NCBI RefSeq assembly: GCF_006345805.1 | Contig: NW_021831662.1 | Span: 1 to 34,774 of the forward strand | Source: Octopus sinensis | Lineage: Eukaryota | Length of the DNA stretch: 34,774 bases | Direction of reading: 5' to 3' | Part shown: one piece after another, positions 1 to 11,569 of the stretch | Numbering within the stretch: position 1 is the stretch's first letter | How the letters are laid out: every line of letters begins with the position of its first letter | Notes under the pieces: generated by a model | The model's database searches: none | Seen by the model: only the letters and a program-made list of their open reading frames with translations | Told to the model about the DNA's origin: nothing | Made by a program: the position numbers and the translations under genes

Positions 1-128
1 AGATATCTAAGTTGTGTGTGATTGTGTGTGTGTAGGGGGGGAAATAAACAAACCAGAATCGGTCGTCAAGCTGTGCTAGGGACACAGTCACAAATACACA
101 CTCACACAAACACGCACACATTTCCATG

Positions 129-170
<42 letters not shown>

Positions 171-322
171 TATATTCAGTTTCCGTCCACTAAATCAACG
201 CACGAGGCTTTGGTCGATCCCGGTTTATGGTAGAAAACACTTGCCCAACGTGCCACGCAGGGTGGGACTGAACACGGAATCGTGTGGCTACGAAACAAAC
301 TTCTTGCCATACCATAGCGCCT
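1..322 (-). mobile_element. tRNA-derived SINE with CORE-like body and internal (CA/TA)n microsatellite
   Basis: Reverse complement of 181-322 reads ggcgctatggtatggcaagaagtttg...gttcagtcccaccctgcgtggcacgttgggcaagtgttttctac, the same head and body as the copies at 9661 and 16758. An internal microsatellite (95-175) is followed by a tail segment homologous to 770-830. Confidence 0.7.
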
Positions 323-744
323 AACAGCTCAGAAGGAACAAAAACTAGCATAGCAAGAAAAAAAGAAGAAAATAAACACAAACATCAACAGCAACAACAA
401 CAACAACAACGATGGCAAACGCCAGCAAAAACAAAACAAAAACTAAAAAACAGAACATAAGCCATAACACAGGTAACATCGAGGACAACAACAACAACAA
501 GCAACAAACAAACATGCCTCAGTTCAATGTAATCCGTTTGAATACCGTAAAAGTATTTATACTCCCGGAGTCTACCTGAAATATTTCAAGGTTAATTGCC
601 AATTCCATTAGTGCTATGTTGGGATTTAGAGGTTTAGTAAATATACTTTTATATTTGTACCTGGACGTAAACTGAAAGGAGCCCATTGTATATATGTATG
701 TATATATATATATATATAATGTGCATGTATCTATGTATGTATGC

Positions 745-905
745 ATGCATGTGCGTGCGTGTTTGTATGTGTATTTATGGCCGTTCCCTAGTACCGCTTC
801 ACGACCGAGTCTGGTTTGTTTATGGCCCCACAACCACCACTTAGAGTTCCGGCAAATCAGGCCGATTGAATCAATACGAGGCTTAAGAAATTTTAGATCA
901 CAAGC
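745..905 (+). mobile_element. 3' half of the same microsatellite-containing SINE family, inverted relative to 1-322
   Basis: ccctagtaccgcttcacgaccgagtctggtttgtttat matches the reverse complement of 42-80 and follows a (TA/TG)n tract. Confidence 0.55.
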
Positions 906-914
906 CCACTAACC

Positions 915-1068
915 TTTTCTATTTTCTCTCCCTGTTTATTTCTATGTTCCTTTCTGTCGAAGAGCGTAGGCTCGAAACGTAAAAGACTTTCTCACTTCCC
1001 GAGCCTTAAACTAATACATCTGTTTGTCGTTTACACACCCGTTTTCGTATTTTGCTTTTTGTAAATTC

Positions 1069-1073
<5 letters not shown>
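915..1073 (+). mobile_element. Penelope-like pseudo-LTR fragment with degenerate minimal hammerhead motif
   Basis: Pyrimidine-rich segment containing CTGTCGA-A-GAGC(gtag)GCTC-GAAA-CG-TA, ending at a (TA)n run. Same architecture as 15590-15797. Confidence 0.5.
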
Positions 1074-1108
<35 letters not shown>

Positions 1109-1110
1109 AA

Positions 1111-1508
1111 CAGCTGGGACCCCCGTCGGTCACGACGACGAGGGTCCCAGCTGATACGATCAACGGAACAGCCTGTTCGTGAAATTAACGTGCAAGTGGC
1201 TGAGCACTCTACAGATGCGTGTACACTTAACGTAGTTCTCGCGGGGAGATTCAGCGTGACACAGAGTGTGACATGGCTGGCCCCCTTGAAATACAGATAC
1301 AGCAGAAACAGGAAGAAAAAGTGAGAGAATGTTGTGGTGAAAGTGAATGAGTACAGCAGCGTTCGCCACCCCCACCCACTGCCGAAGCCTCGGGGAGCTT
1401 TAGGACTTTTCGCTCAATAAACACTCACAATACCCAGTCTGGGAATCGAAACCGCGATCCTACGACCGTGAGTCCGCTGCCCTAACCACTGGGCTATTGC
1501 GTCTTCAC
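1111..1508 (-). mobile_element. Full-length tRNA-derived SINE (body B + tail A)
   Basis: Minus-strand head has A-box-like TAGCCCAGTGG and B-box-like GGTTTCGATTCC. Its body is shared with the 6568 copy and its tail (gtcacgctga...gaactacgttaag...ttcacga...cagctgggaccctcgtcgtcg) with the 32494 copy. Confidence 0.8.
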
Positions 1509-1509
1509 A

Positions 1510-1747
1510 TATATATATATGTGTATGCATGTATGTTAAGTGAAATATTTTTTAATGGTTTATTTGATATACTTTCAGTGTTTTGCTCTGATTTTTATGT
1601 TTGAGTTGTTTTTCATTTCTTGATAGATTTATGATTGTATTTTCTATCGTTTGTAATTTTTTCTGTTGGGGTTTGTTTGTTTTGCCTGTTTTTGTATACG
1701 ATTATATTATCGCCTCATATATATATATGTAGTATATGTATATATAG

Positions 1748-1779
<32 letters not shown>

Positions 1780-2000
1780 TATACAGAGAGAGAAATAGAG
1801 AGACACGCCTATATATTATATATATATGCATATATATATAGATACACATATCCACACACATATGGATACACATATATATATACAGATTTGTGTAAGAATT
1901 TATATATGTGTGTGTTTCTGTACATAAACATTTGTACTTACATACACACACACCACATACACACATACACACAAATACACACATACATACGCACACTCGT
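1510..2000. repeat. (TA)n/(CA)n and T-rich low-complexity tract
   Basis: Seen directly in the sequence. Confidence 0.85.
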
Positions 2001-2829
2001 ATATATCTTATGTCTATTGTATTTTGTCTTTGTTCAAATGTCGTATAATATGATTATAACAATATACATCTTTTTTATCAATAAATAAATGTTTTTTCAC
2101 TCATTTTTTTACTACCGAATATAAAACATACGATATCGATAATTTCGACGCTTGGTCGTAGAAATTTGTCTATTTTTACCATGTCTAGTACAAGAAAACC
2201 ATATTCTATTGAACTCTATGATTTCTACCTAGACTCGAAACCTCCTCCCTAGTTACAGCTGCTTCATTATAATTTTCGACAGCATAGACTTGAAAAATTT
2301 AATGGACACTACTACTCAATACCCGTCTAAGAACTTTAAGGTGTTGCCCCAGCATGGCCGTGGATCAATGACCGAAACAAGTAGAAGAGAAAAGGAAGAT
2401 ATTAGCAGTAAAGTGCAATATTGGTAGAGTTGGAAGAAATAACCGTGGCGTGGGTTAACGAAGGACGCTTTCGTGACCTAGACAGAGGGCTCCTTTGGAA
2501 AACTATTCTTTACATATCCATCAGACCCTGGTACAACGAACAATAAGCTTGCAACTTTTTTTTTCTGGGAGGTGTGGTGTGAGAACTCACAGCTGCATGC
2601 CATGGGACATCGAAGCGGATCCAGAAGGGAACAATCACCTCTGATTGCGAATAGAAACGATAATGACGTGTCCCTCTGATAGGACCCTATCGAGGAGGTA
2701 CCTGATGACTTTGCTCCGTCAAACCGCCTAGTAATAGGGAGCGGAGAAAATGGATGGGCAGAGAGATGGTAGAGTGGATTTTACAACAAAATTGTTTAGT
2801 TTCAGCCATCATGATTTTTGATATCATCT

Positions 2830-3300
2830 AGGTGGCTAGCTTGCGGAATCGATAGCGCGTCGGACAAAATGCTTAGTGGTTTCTTTTCCGCTCTTTACAT
2901 TCTGAGCTAAAATGCATATAGTGTTACACTTTACCATTCATATTGCCTTTAATCCTTTCAGGATCGATAACAAATAGGCACTGGTCAAATACTGGGATCG
3001 ATGTAATCAACATGCCCCTCTCCCCTCAAAAGTTCTTGTCTTGTAGCAAAATTAGAAAGAAATTTCCACACCATGAAATTTTGGCTTAATTATTTTTCAA
3101 ATTTCGACAGAAGGCCATCAGGTTTTGCAAGGTGGCAAGTCGATTACACCGATCTCCCTGCCCGACACATATTTTATTTTATCGATCACGCAAGGAAGAA
3201 AGGCAAAGGTATACCGGCAAAATTTGAACTTAGAATGTAAAAATACCTATAGAAATGCTGCTAAGCATTTTGTCTGACGGGCTAACGGTTCTGTCAGTTC
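2830..3300. mobile_element. Two degraded SINE fragments of the gtcgactttgcctttcatcc family (about 2830-3060 on +, about 3110-3300 on -)
   Basis: Recognisable remnants: aaaatgcttagtggt...ctttaatcctttcaggatcgataa on + and atcgatcacgcaaggaagaaaggcaaag...aatttgaacttagaa on -. Confidence 0.5.
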
Positions 3301-3713
3301 ATTAAAAATACCATTTGTCATGAACTGTGAAAAGAGAAAGGTATGGAGGTGGAGAGAAGAAACTACGGTCGAAAACTTCAAGGATTGGACAAGCATTATG
3401 AAGGATCCAAGGTAGGGGAGGAGACTGGTGTATAGAGTTTAATGACGTCACTTTTGCAGCTCGATCAAGAATTGAGGGCTTAAGCAACTGTGTGAGGTCG
3501 CGTGTCTTGGAGTCCAAGATACGAAGGGAAAATATGGGTACCTCGAGCGAGCAAAAGTATTTTGTGGTATTTCAATTCACGCTCCTTAATTTCTATTGAC
3601 TTGATTGCTCTCTGTCCGCATGACGGCCTGACTGCTTTTCGTCTTGCAATTAACTTAGTAAAATAAGTGCAAGAAAGAGTATGAAGTTTGATGTAATAAA
3701 CTAAAAGCGGAAA

Positions 3714-3945
3714 GGCGGCGAGCTGGCAGAGTGGTTAGCACGCCGGGCGAAATGCTTAGCGGTATTTCGTCTGCCGCTACGTTCTGAGTATAAATTCCGC
3801 CGAGGTCGACTTTGCCTTTCACCCTTTCGGGGTCGATTAAATAAGTACCAGTTACGCTCTAGGGTCGATGTAATCGACTTAATCCGTTTGTCTGTCCTTG
3901 TTTGTCCACTCTATGTTTAGCCCCTTGTGGGTAGTAAAGAAATTT
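3714..3945 (+). mobile_element. Full-length tRNA-derived SINE (gtcgactttgcctttca family) with Tx1-like tail
   Basis: A-box TGGCAGAGTGG, body aaattccgccgaggtcgactttgcctttcaccctttcggggtcgat, tail tttgtccactctatgtttagccccttgtgggtagtaaagaaat. Confidence 0.85.
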
Positions 3946-4175
3946 CTTCTGTCTTTACTTGGTGAGTTCAAATTCCGCCGAGGTCGACTTTGCCTTTCAA
4001 CCTTTCTGGGTCGATAAATTAAGTACTAGTTGCGTACTGAGGCCGATCTAATCGACTGGCCGTCCACTCCTCCAAAATTTTGGGCCTTGTGCCTAGAGTA
4101 GAAAAGAATAAACTAAAAGCGGTGCTCCAGGATGGCCAGAATTCAATAGCCGACGTCAAGAGAAAGAGTAAGATA
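3946..4175 (+). mobile_element. Second tandem 5'-truncated copy of the same SINE with a different tail, plus a short tail remnant
   Basis: Repeats gagttcaaattccgccgaggtcgactttgcctttcaacctttctgggtcgataaattaagtac, then ccaaaattttgggccttgtgcctagagtagaaaagaat. Confidence 0.7.
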
Positions 4176-4859
4176 ATACACTTTTTTTTTGTATTCGTAA
4201 TGTGTGTAATGGAGGATCTAAATAAACTCTAATAGAAAATCACTTCATATTTCATTATATTTTCATCCCAGGGGAATGAAAAGCCAAGTCGACTGAAACT
4301 AAACATTTAATTCAACGCTCCATTGCATTAAATATATCGACGATTGAAATGACTATTCAGAAAGAAAGACACAGAGAGAATGATTGAAAAATGCACGGCA
4401 ATTATACCTTGAGGAGAGATGCAAAAATGGCGCCGTAAATCAACACGCAAATCTTTCATTGAAAACATTTTCGAAAATCTAGTTCACTAATCTAAAACCT
4501 CATATTCACTGGCAGAGACCAATCGCCAATCAATATGGGAGATATAACGTAATTGTTGAAAAGGCAAGACGTCGAGAGATCTAGACAATAATAGCTGACC
4601 TTCCATGTCTAATGTTCTTTCATTACGTCTGCAGATAAGATAAACAAAAGAACCACGACATTGTATTATCGGATGAAATGATATAGGACTGGAGTGAACG
4701 ATGATAAATTAGCACTAATTAGTTTTCTCATTAGTGAAGGTGATTGTTCTTTCCTGTACGTCATCATTTTTCTAGCTGATTGTTTTATCAAGACGAGCTG
4801 CTATTGTTCCCGTTGGTAGTTCATAAAAATGGATGAATATGTGCGCTAGCGTACGTGCA

Positions 4860-5008
4860 CATATAAACCTGTAGTGATATTTACATACATACACGCATGC
4901 ATACATACACACACACACACATATATATATGCAAATATATATATACACACATATATATATGCCTATATATACCACACATATATATCTTTATACATTTATA
5001 TGTATATT

Positions 5009-5040
<32 letters not shown>

Positions 5041-5140
5041 TGTAAATATACATATGTATATATATATATAATATATATATGTATATATATGTATATATAT
5101 ACTAGGAAAACACACATATATATATATATATATACATATA

Positions 5141-5236
<96 letters not shown>

Positions 5237-5312
5237 GTATTTATATATGTGTGTGTGTGTGTGTGTGTATGTGTGTGTGTGTGCAAGTGTATATATATAT
5301 TTGTATATGTTA
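4860..5312. repeat. Compound (CA)n/(TA)n/(TG)n microsatellite
   Basis: Seen directly; explains the Y/I/H-rich ORFs. Confidence 0.95.
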
Positions 5313-5486
5313 AGCCTACTAAGTCTCTTTAGGAAGTCTCATATGAAGCAGGCTGATATCTTACTTTAACTCGTGTACCGTGTATTTATTTACACAGTTA
5401 TACAACGCAGGCACTAATTCACTTCTCTTCTGTCTACGCACATGGACACACATACACGTATACGTATATATATATATATATATATA

Positions 5487-5735
5487 ACTTTAAACAGAGT
5501 CTGGATAGATTCCTTCAAAGAATACCAGATAAGCCACCCATAATTGGATACAACTCACCAACAAGAACTCACTACTTGAACAAAACTGGATACAACTCAC
5601 CAACAAGAACTCACTACTTGAACAAAACTTGACTTAACAGGATTCGAATAATCCTATCAGGTGGTGCTATTAAGTTAGACATGGCCTGGACCAATCTCTG
5701 GTCGAAACATATCTAAGTTTTATCTAAGTTTTATA
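5487..5735 (+). mobile_element. 3' end of a CR1/L2-group LINE
   Basis: Translates NFKQSLDRFLQRIPDKPPIIGYNS, resembling the FK..LD.FL..IPD.P...GY C-terminal motif of CR1/L2-group ORF2. Ends in tandem ATCTAAGTTTT units and contains an internal 42-bp perfect duplication. Confidence 0.55.
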
Positions 5736-6146
5736 TATACTTCACGTGTATACACTATTTTATTCGATTCGATGAAAGAGCCGCCGTGTGTTCGCTTCCC
5801 TTGCTATAAATATCATCTGAATCTTGTTAAATGACTTCGTAGCATTTCAGAAATGAAAGGACACATTGGATAACCCAGTCATGAGGCATTAAACAACAGA
5901 GGAAAATCGGGTCCTGGCTGGAAGTGGCTGGAGATCGTTTGGTCATATTTCTACTTTCGCTCAAATGGGACTGACCCAACAAGAAGATTATTTGATCACG
6001 CACGCACATACATGCTCACGCATGCGCACGTTCATACCCTTCTTGAAGAATCTAATTCCGTACTTTACAAACATTTTAAACTATCTCACTCAATTTTTTT
6101 ACCAACAGTTTTTCAGCAAAATTTAATAAACCACCTGTTCAACCAA

Positions 6147-6204
<58 letters not shown>

Positions 6205-6567
6205 ACGTACATACACACACATATACACATGCACGCACGCACACATATATACGCACTCACGAGTTGGGACGTTACCTTATACGACAGGTGCTGTGGCTGC
6301 CTTTATTGCTTGTATGGAAATACCTACAAATGTTGGTAATATATTTTGAATTATACTTTTATTTATTGTTTATAATTTCATGTCTACGTAGTATGTTTCC
6401 GGTTTTATTTATTTACTTATTCGCATAGAATACTATTGTTCTTCATCATGATGTCATTATGATAGCGACTAACAAGTAGTTTATCATAAAAGTGCCTTCA
6501 AAAATATAAAGTTATCATTTAAACAGAAAACAAAGAGTTAAAAATGTTCAAATACTTCACTCTTTCT

Positions 6568-6868
6568 GGAGGCACATGGCCTAGTGGTTAGAGCAGCGGA
6601 CTCGCAGTCGAGGGATCGCGGGTTCGAATCTCAGACAGGGCGATGTGTGTGTTTATGAGCGAAACACCTAAGCTCCACGCAGCTCTGGCAGAAGGTATTG
6701 GCGAAATTCTACTGACTCTATCACCACAACTTTCATTCTTTCCTCCTACATCTTTCAGCTCACCTGCGACGGACAGGCGTCCCGTCCAGGTGGGGAACTT
6801 ATACGCCAAGCAAACCGGGACACCGGCCCTTATGAGCCAGGCTTGGCTCGAGAAGGAACAAACAAACT
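6568..6868 (+). mobile_element. Full-length tRNA-derived SINE (body B + tail C)
   Basis: A-box TGGCCTAGTGG (6577-6587), B-box GGTTCGAATC (6621-6630), body homologous to the 1111-1508 copy, distinct tail gcgacggacaggcgtcccgtccagg...ggctcgagaaggaacaaacaaac. Confidence 0.8.
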
Positions 6869-7193
6869 TCATTCTTTATTTGTAGTAGACTTATAAACTC
6901 CCGTTCACCAGGACTCGCTATTACCCACCTTAAGAAGCTCTGGTCTAATATTATTTAAAAGGCAGTAAAGTGAAGTAATGAAAGAACTGCAGGAGTTGTG
7001 CTTTCAGAAGCATCATAGCCTTTCCCTTTGTCTACCCCTGCGCCCTGTCATTTAGGGTAAACATTAGCATGCCAGATGTCGATGTCTTATCCGGTGGTTA
7101 AGCAGTTCTTTGTCGCTCCCTCCGTTTTCTGTGTACGCAGGATGGACCTTAGTTACACTGTGCCGCGGAACTTCAGTTTCTCTTATGAATTGG

Positions 7194-7226
<33 letters not shown>

Positions 7227-7659
7227 TAAGTACTATAGTTGTTACTACAAGTTCTACGATAACAGTAACAAAGTTGCTCTGCCGACTAAGAAATCTTGAT
7301 GTTTTAGTTTGACCAGTTAGAAATAGGACACAAAATCTCCCACATACAACAGGGATGCAACACTTTAGCTTACATCGACATATCTTCGAACAGAGACATG
7401 ATGTTCACGATTAGAACGTCTTTGATCATACTTTTGCATTATTGAGACTCATAGCTAACCTGGGACTCAGTGACAACAACAACAACAGCAACAAGAAGAC
7501 ATCAGTCATCGTTTCTTCATCGTTTCATACACCGCCACCCGCTTTGTCATGGAGGCCTCACGAATCATGATAAAAAACCTTTACTGACCTTTGTTGAATA
7601 AACCATAAAAGGAAAACAACAGCATCTACCCCACCAGTATATCCCGCCCTCAACGATTC

Positions 7660-7911
7660 CCCCAACATTGCTATGACCACAAGCAACACCCCTACCATGC
7701 CACCATCACCATCACCACCATCACCATCATCACCAAAACGACAAACAGCATCCACCACCACCATCACTACCGTATCATGACAATACTACCGCCACAACCA
7801 CTATGACCACCAGCACTATTGTTACGACCACTAACACCACCACTGCTTCGACGACGACGACGACCATAACATATACTACTACTACTACTACTACTACAAT
7901 TGATGCTGCTT

Positions 7912-7967
<56 letters not shown>

Positions 7968-8285
7968 TCTACTGCTACAACTACTACTACGACTACGACT
8001 ACTACTACTGCTGCTGCTGCTAGTCCACAACTACAACGACGCACTTCCTCCACATCAGAATACCATTACACCACTACCACCGCACTGCTCCCACCATCAA
8101 ACCACCATACGATTATATTCCAACCACCACTGCTACCCCTCCAACACCACCACCACCACCACCATAAATCTCAGAAATATCGCATATATGCATACAGAAA
8201 CACATACACGCATAAACACATACATACATACATACATACATACATACATACATACATACATACATACATACATACATACATAGTA
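7660..8285. repeat. Compound trinucleotide tract (CAC/ACT/GCT/ACC) followed by (ACAT)n
   Basis: Seen directly; yields poly-T, -L, -S and -V ORFs in several frames. Confidence 0.9.
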
Positions 8286-8700
8286 GAAAGCTGATTCGAA
8301 GACTACAGACCCGATCCATAATTGGAACTGTAAAACTCTGTAAAATTTTCCAGATGTTTATCATTTAAGTAAATATGAGCATGTCTAGACAAAAGGTACA
8401 AATCTGCACATATACATACACACATACATACTCTGTTGATGTTATTGAAATTCCAATGAAGAAGTCTAGGTTAGAGACCAGATCTTTCTCTATTGGCAAG
8501 AAATCTTGAAATAAAACTGAATGACTTACATGCTTACATAAATACATACATACATACATACATACATACATACTCACACACATACATTGCCTAAAGCAAG
8601 ACGAAGACGTAGTGAAAGAACAACAGCTAAAGTGTATTAGGTTAACTTTTAGGAAAAATGGAAGAAATCTTTAATGTTTTGAGCCTACGCTCTGTTGCAG

Positions 8701-8709
8701 AAAGGATTG
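8701..8709 (+). other. Candidate 9-nt microexon (AAAGGATTG)
   Basis: ctacgctctgttgcAG|AAAGGATTG|GTGAGG; frame-preserving. No transcript support. Confidence 0.2.
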
Positions 8710-8968
8710 GTGAGGAGAGGCAAAAGATGGAAAACAAAAAAAAAACCTGTCTGAGTTGAATGGTCAAGACATGCTGAAATGACCGGAAACGGAAGAGGTT
8801 TGTTGGAGGCGTGGGTAACAAGGGAGACAACAATGACGTAGTATATGTGTGAGTTTGCACGCATGTGTGTGTGTATGTGTGCGTGTTCGCGTCCGAGTGT
8901 ATGTGAGGTACTAACTGTGTGTGTATACACTGTGTTTGCGTGTGAAAGTGCGCATGCTTGTATCTGTG

Positions 8969-9060
<92 letters not shown>

Positions 9061-9061
<1 letters not shown>

Positions 9062-9139
9062 TTTATTTAAAAGCAGCAGAAATTCAACAAAACCTGTTAC
9101 TAACACGTTTTGTTGAATTTCTGCTGCTTTTAAATAAAG
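9061..9139. repeat. Perfect 33-bp inverted repeat (13-nt loop) between (TA)n runs
   Basis: 9061-9093 is the exact reverse complement of 9107-9139. Confidence 0.95.
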
Positions 9140-9208
9140 CATATTACTCTACCCCTGGTATTTGAGTACTCTTTTTTCCACCTTGTTTCACATTTATGTG
9201 TTTACTCT

Positions 9209-9323
<115 letters not shown>

Positions 9324-9483
9324 TATGTGAAATAGAAAGATGAATAATCTTGTAGCAGATTAATCAAAAGTTTAACCGATATCTTGGTAGCAAAAATCAC
9401 AGCAGAAGACAGCACGGTTGGAGGTACAACCATATGGTGTTGCAACCGTGCGTTGGTGCGGATAATTGAATTTTAATATTATT

Positions 9484-9623
9484 GGTGAATTGAAGAAATG
9501 GAGCTGAACGAAGATTGAACAGAAATCGTTTTATTTCATTCTACACGTGCCTTTCGAAACACGTGTAGAATGAAATAAAACGATTTCTGTTCAATCTTCG
9601 TTCAGCTCCATTTCTTCAATTCA

Positions 9624-9625
<2 letters not shown>
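9484..9625. repeat. Perfect 66-bp inverted repeat (10-nt loop), probably a Penelope-like inverted pLTR junction
   Basis: 9484-9549 is the exact reverse complement of 9560-9625. The centre contains CGAAACACGTGTA, the 3' half of a minimal hammerhead. The Penelope origin is inference. Confidence 0.85.
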
Positions 9626-9660
<35 letters not shown>

Positions 9661-9663
<3 letters not shown>

Positions 9664-9830
9664 CGTGGCTGTGTGGCAAGAAGCGTAATCCCTACCACAT
9701 GGTTCCTGGTTCAGTCCCGCTGTGTAGCACCTTGAGCAAGTGTCTTCTACAATAGCTTCGGGCTGACCAAAGCTTTGTCAGTGGATTTGGTAGACGGAAA
9801 CGGGAAGAATCTCGTATGTATGTATGTATA
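9661..9830 (+). mobile_element. 5' half of CORE-like SINE running into its internal microsatellite
   Basis: aggcgtggctgtgtggcaagaag...ggttcagtcccg...caccttgagcaagtgtcttcta...tttggtagacggaaac then (GTAT)n. Confidence 0.8.
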
Positions 9831-10055
9831 AATGTATGTATGTTTGTATGTATAAATAGACGCCTATATAAATGTGTGGATATATATATCCACACACACA
9901 TATGTCTATATGAGTGTATGTAAGTGTATAAATATGCCATCCCCCGCAAAAAATTCATTAAATTTTTATCAATTTAGATTTCAGAGTTGTCTTTCTTGTT
10001 TTTCTTAAACCTAACTGTCTTTATCATTTACGTAACTTTGACTCACTGTTTTAAG

Positions 10056-10058
10056 ATC
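10056..10058 (+). other. Candidate 3-nt microexon (ATC)
   Basis: 67-nt AG-free pyrimidine-rich run containing CCTAACT (10010-10016), then ttttaAG|ATC|GTAAGT. No transcript support. Confidence 0.25.
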
Positions 10059-11569
10059 GTAAGTCCCCGCTATGTACACACACAGGTTCAATTTAGTGTA
10101 CGGTAGTAATTAATTATGATATGTTTTGTAATAAAGTGAATTCTGGTATAGTTTAATGTACTACAGAAGATATGAAGTAGCATAGCAGAGCTTGGTAGCC
10201 GCTACGGCTGACAAACAGACACCTTACTATACAGTGGTGTAATGATAAAGTAGTATACTGCATTGTCTGGTATTTATGTTCAAGTGACGCGTGAGGTTGC
10301 AGTGCAATGAAGTGCAGGGGGAGCGCTAATGTAGTTTATTGTGTGATAGTAAAGAAGTAGAAACTGGCATCGTAGTGCGGAATAATTGCATAGAATTAGC
10401 TGCAATATTTATGATTGCTGAAGTGAATGTTACTTTCTGCTTCCATCATCATAATCGTCTGCCATCATCATCATCATCGTCAGCATCAAGATATGTAATG
10501 GCAGCAACAGCTGCATTTGTTGTTTTTATTGTTCTATTTATGATATGGCGATGCTGTCTATAGTTTTTAATGGCGGGTAAATAGCTGTCGGTGAAGTCTG
10601 CACTTTAGCGAACCCTGACATTTTCGTCCGACGCATAGAAACGAGAGAACAGATTAATATTGTGAAATATTCGATAATTTATGGCAGAAAGTTATGTCAG
10701 AGACCAATTAATATCGAATCCAATAAACAAGCTCCAACCAAAGCAGATTTAGTCTCTTGTAACACGGCAGGTCATTTATTACCAAAAGCAAAAGAAATAA
10801 AAGGTCACCTTTGATAGACTATTTTAAAACCGAAACTAATAACAAAAGTTTCGTCTTGAGATGTTGTAACACTTTAAGTTGTCAGTTAAATAGTGTTAAC
10901 TCAGAACGGGTGAAAAGGTCGATTATTCTGATAATCAGATTATCAAATTTGATTGACTTTTGCCTATTTCAATGCTTATTAACATCTAATTAAACAAAGT
11001 CTTTAAAAAATTCTATTGTAGAGTGAAATTCTTCGTGATTTCGTTAGAATTGTTGCATTCAGTCACTCTGGGGCTGTGTCACAATGTTGAAGCCATATCT
11101 TATCAAATAATTGCATTAAATTAAATTTCGTTTGCGCTATGAAATGAAATTTTGATTGATTCTATTATCTGTTCAATCTGATATGGTTTTAGAAGTAAGA
11201 ATTTAATTCTCGTTTTTAAAGCGAAACCATTACGTCTAAAATGTCTTATTAAAATATACAAAGTTTCCAATAAATTGATTGCATTTATTTCCTGAAGACT
11301 GATTTTCTGTAGTTCGGGGGCACAAACGCGCAATCTTCTATGGTAGACACCGATACAAAAAAGATGGCTGTCCATAACCGTCGGAACATATTTATGGGAT
11401 GTCCATTTGCACCGTTAGCAAATATATTTTAAGTCTTAAATACTCCATTCCATGATATTACAGTAAAGATTTGAATCTTCTCTAGAGTTGTGACAATAGG
11501 GCTGAAACGCCGGCAATTTAATAAACTGTTAACGGAGAATCTTGCCTCTCGCAATATAGGAACATTTCT

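Noticed and set aside
4772-5313. Y/I/H/C/V-rich ORFs here and at about 1600-2000, 8600-9160, 14860-15410, 15950-16370, 18460-18670, 27500-27950 and 31380-31560
   Set aside because: Translations of (TA)n, (CA)n and (ACAT)n microsatellites, open in several frames on both strands.
5545-5628. CRISPR-like repeat
   Set aside because: Two abutting units with no spacer, in eukaryotic LINE context, with no cas genes.
6286-6333. 48-nt open segment between AG and GTAATA; similar weak candidates near 3458, 4635, 7141, 13510 and 33180
   Set aside because: Poor polypyrimidine tract, missing donor or in-frame stops. A 2-nt AG|AA|GTAAGA near 11190 shows such motifs occur by chance.
6568-6640. tRNA gene-like sequences (also 3714, 1440-1508, 32740-32812)
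   Set aside because: A and B boxes are present but there is no complete cloverleaf or acceptor stem; they continue into SINE bodies.
7767-8294. Mucin-like Thr/Ala-rich 163-aa ORF
   Set aside because: Pure trinucleotide runs open in five frames, with no splice or domain support.
10339-10563. Small ORF ending in a TM-like segment (YVMAATAAFVVFIVLFMIWRCCL)
   Set aside because: TTG start, overlaps a (CAT)n run, and hydrophobic stretches are expected from T-rich DNA; no further support.
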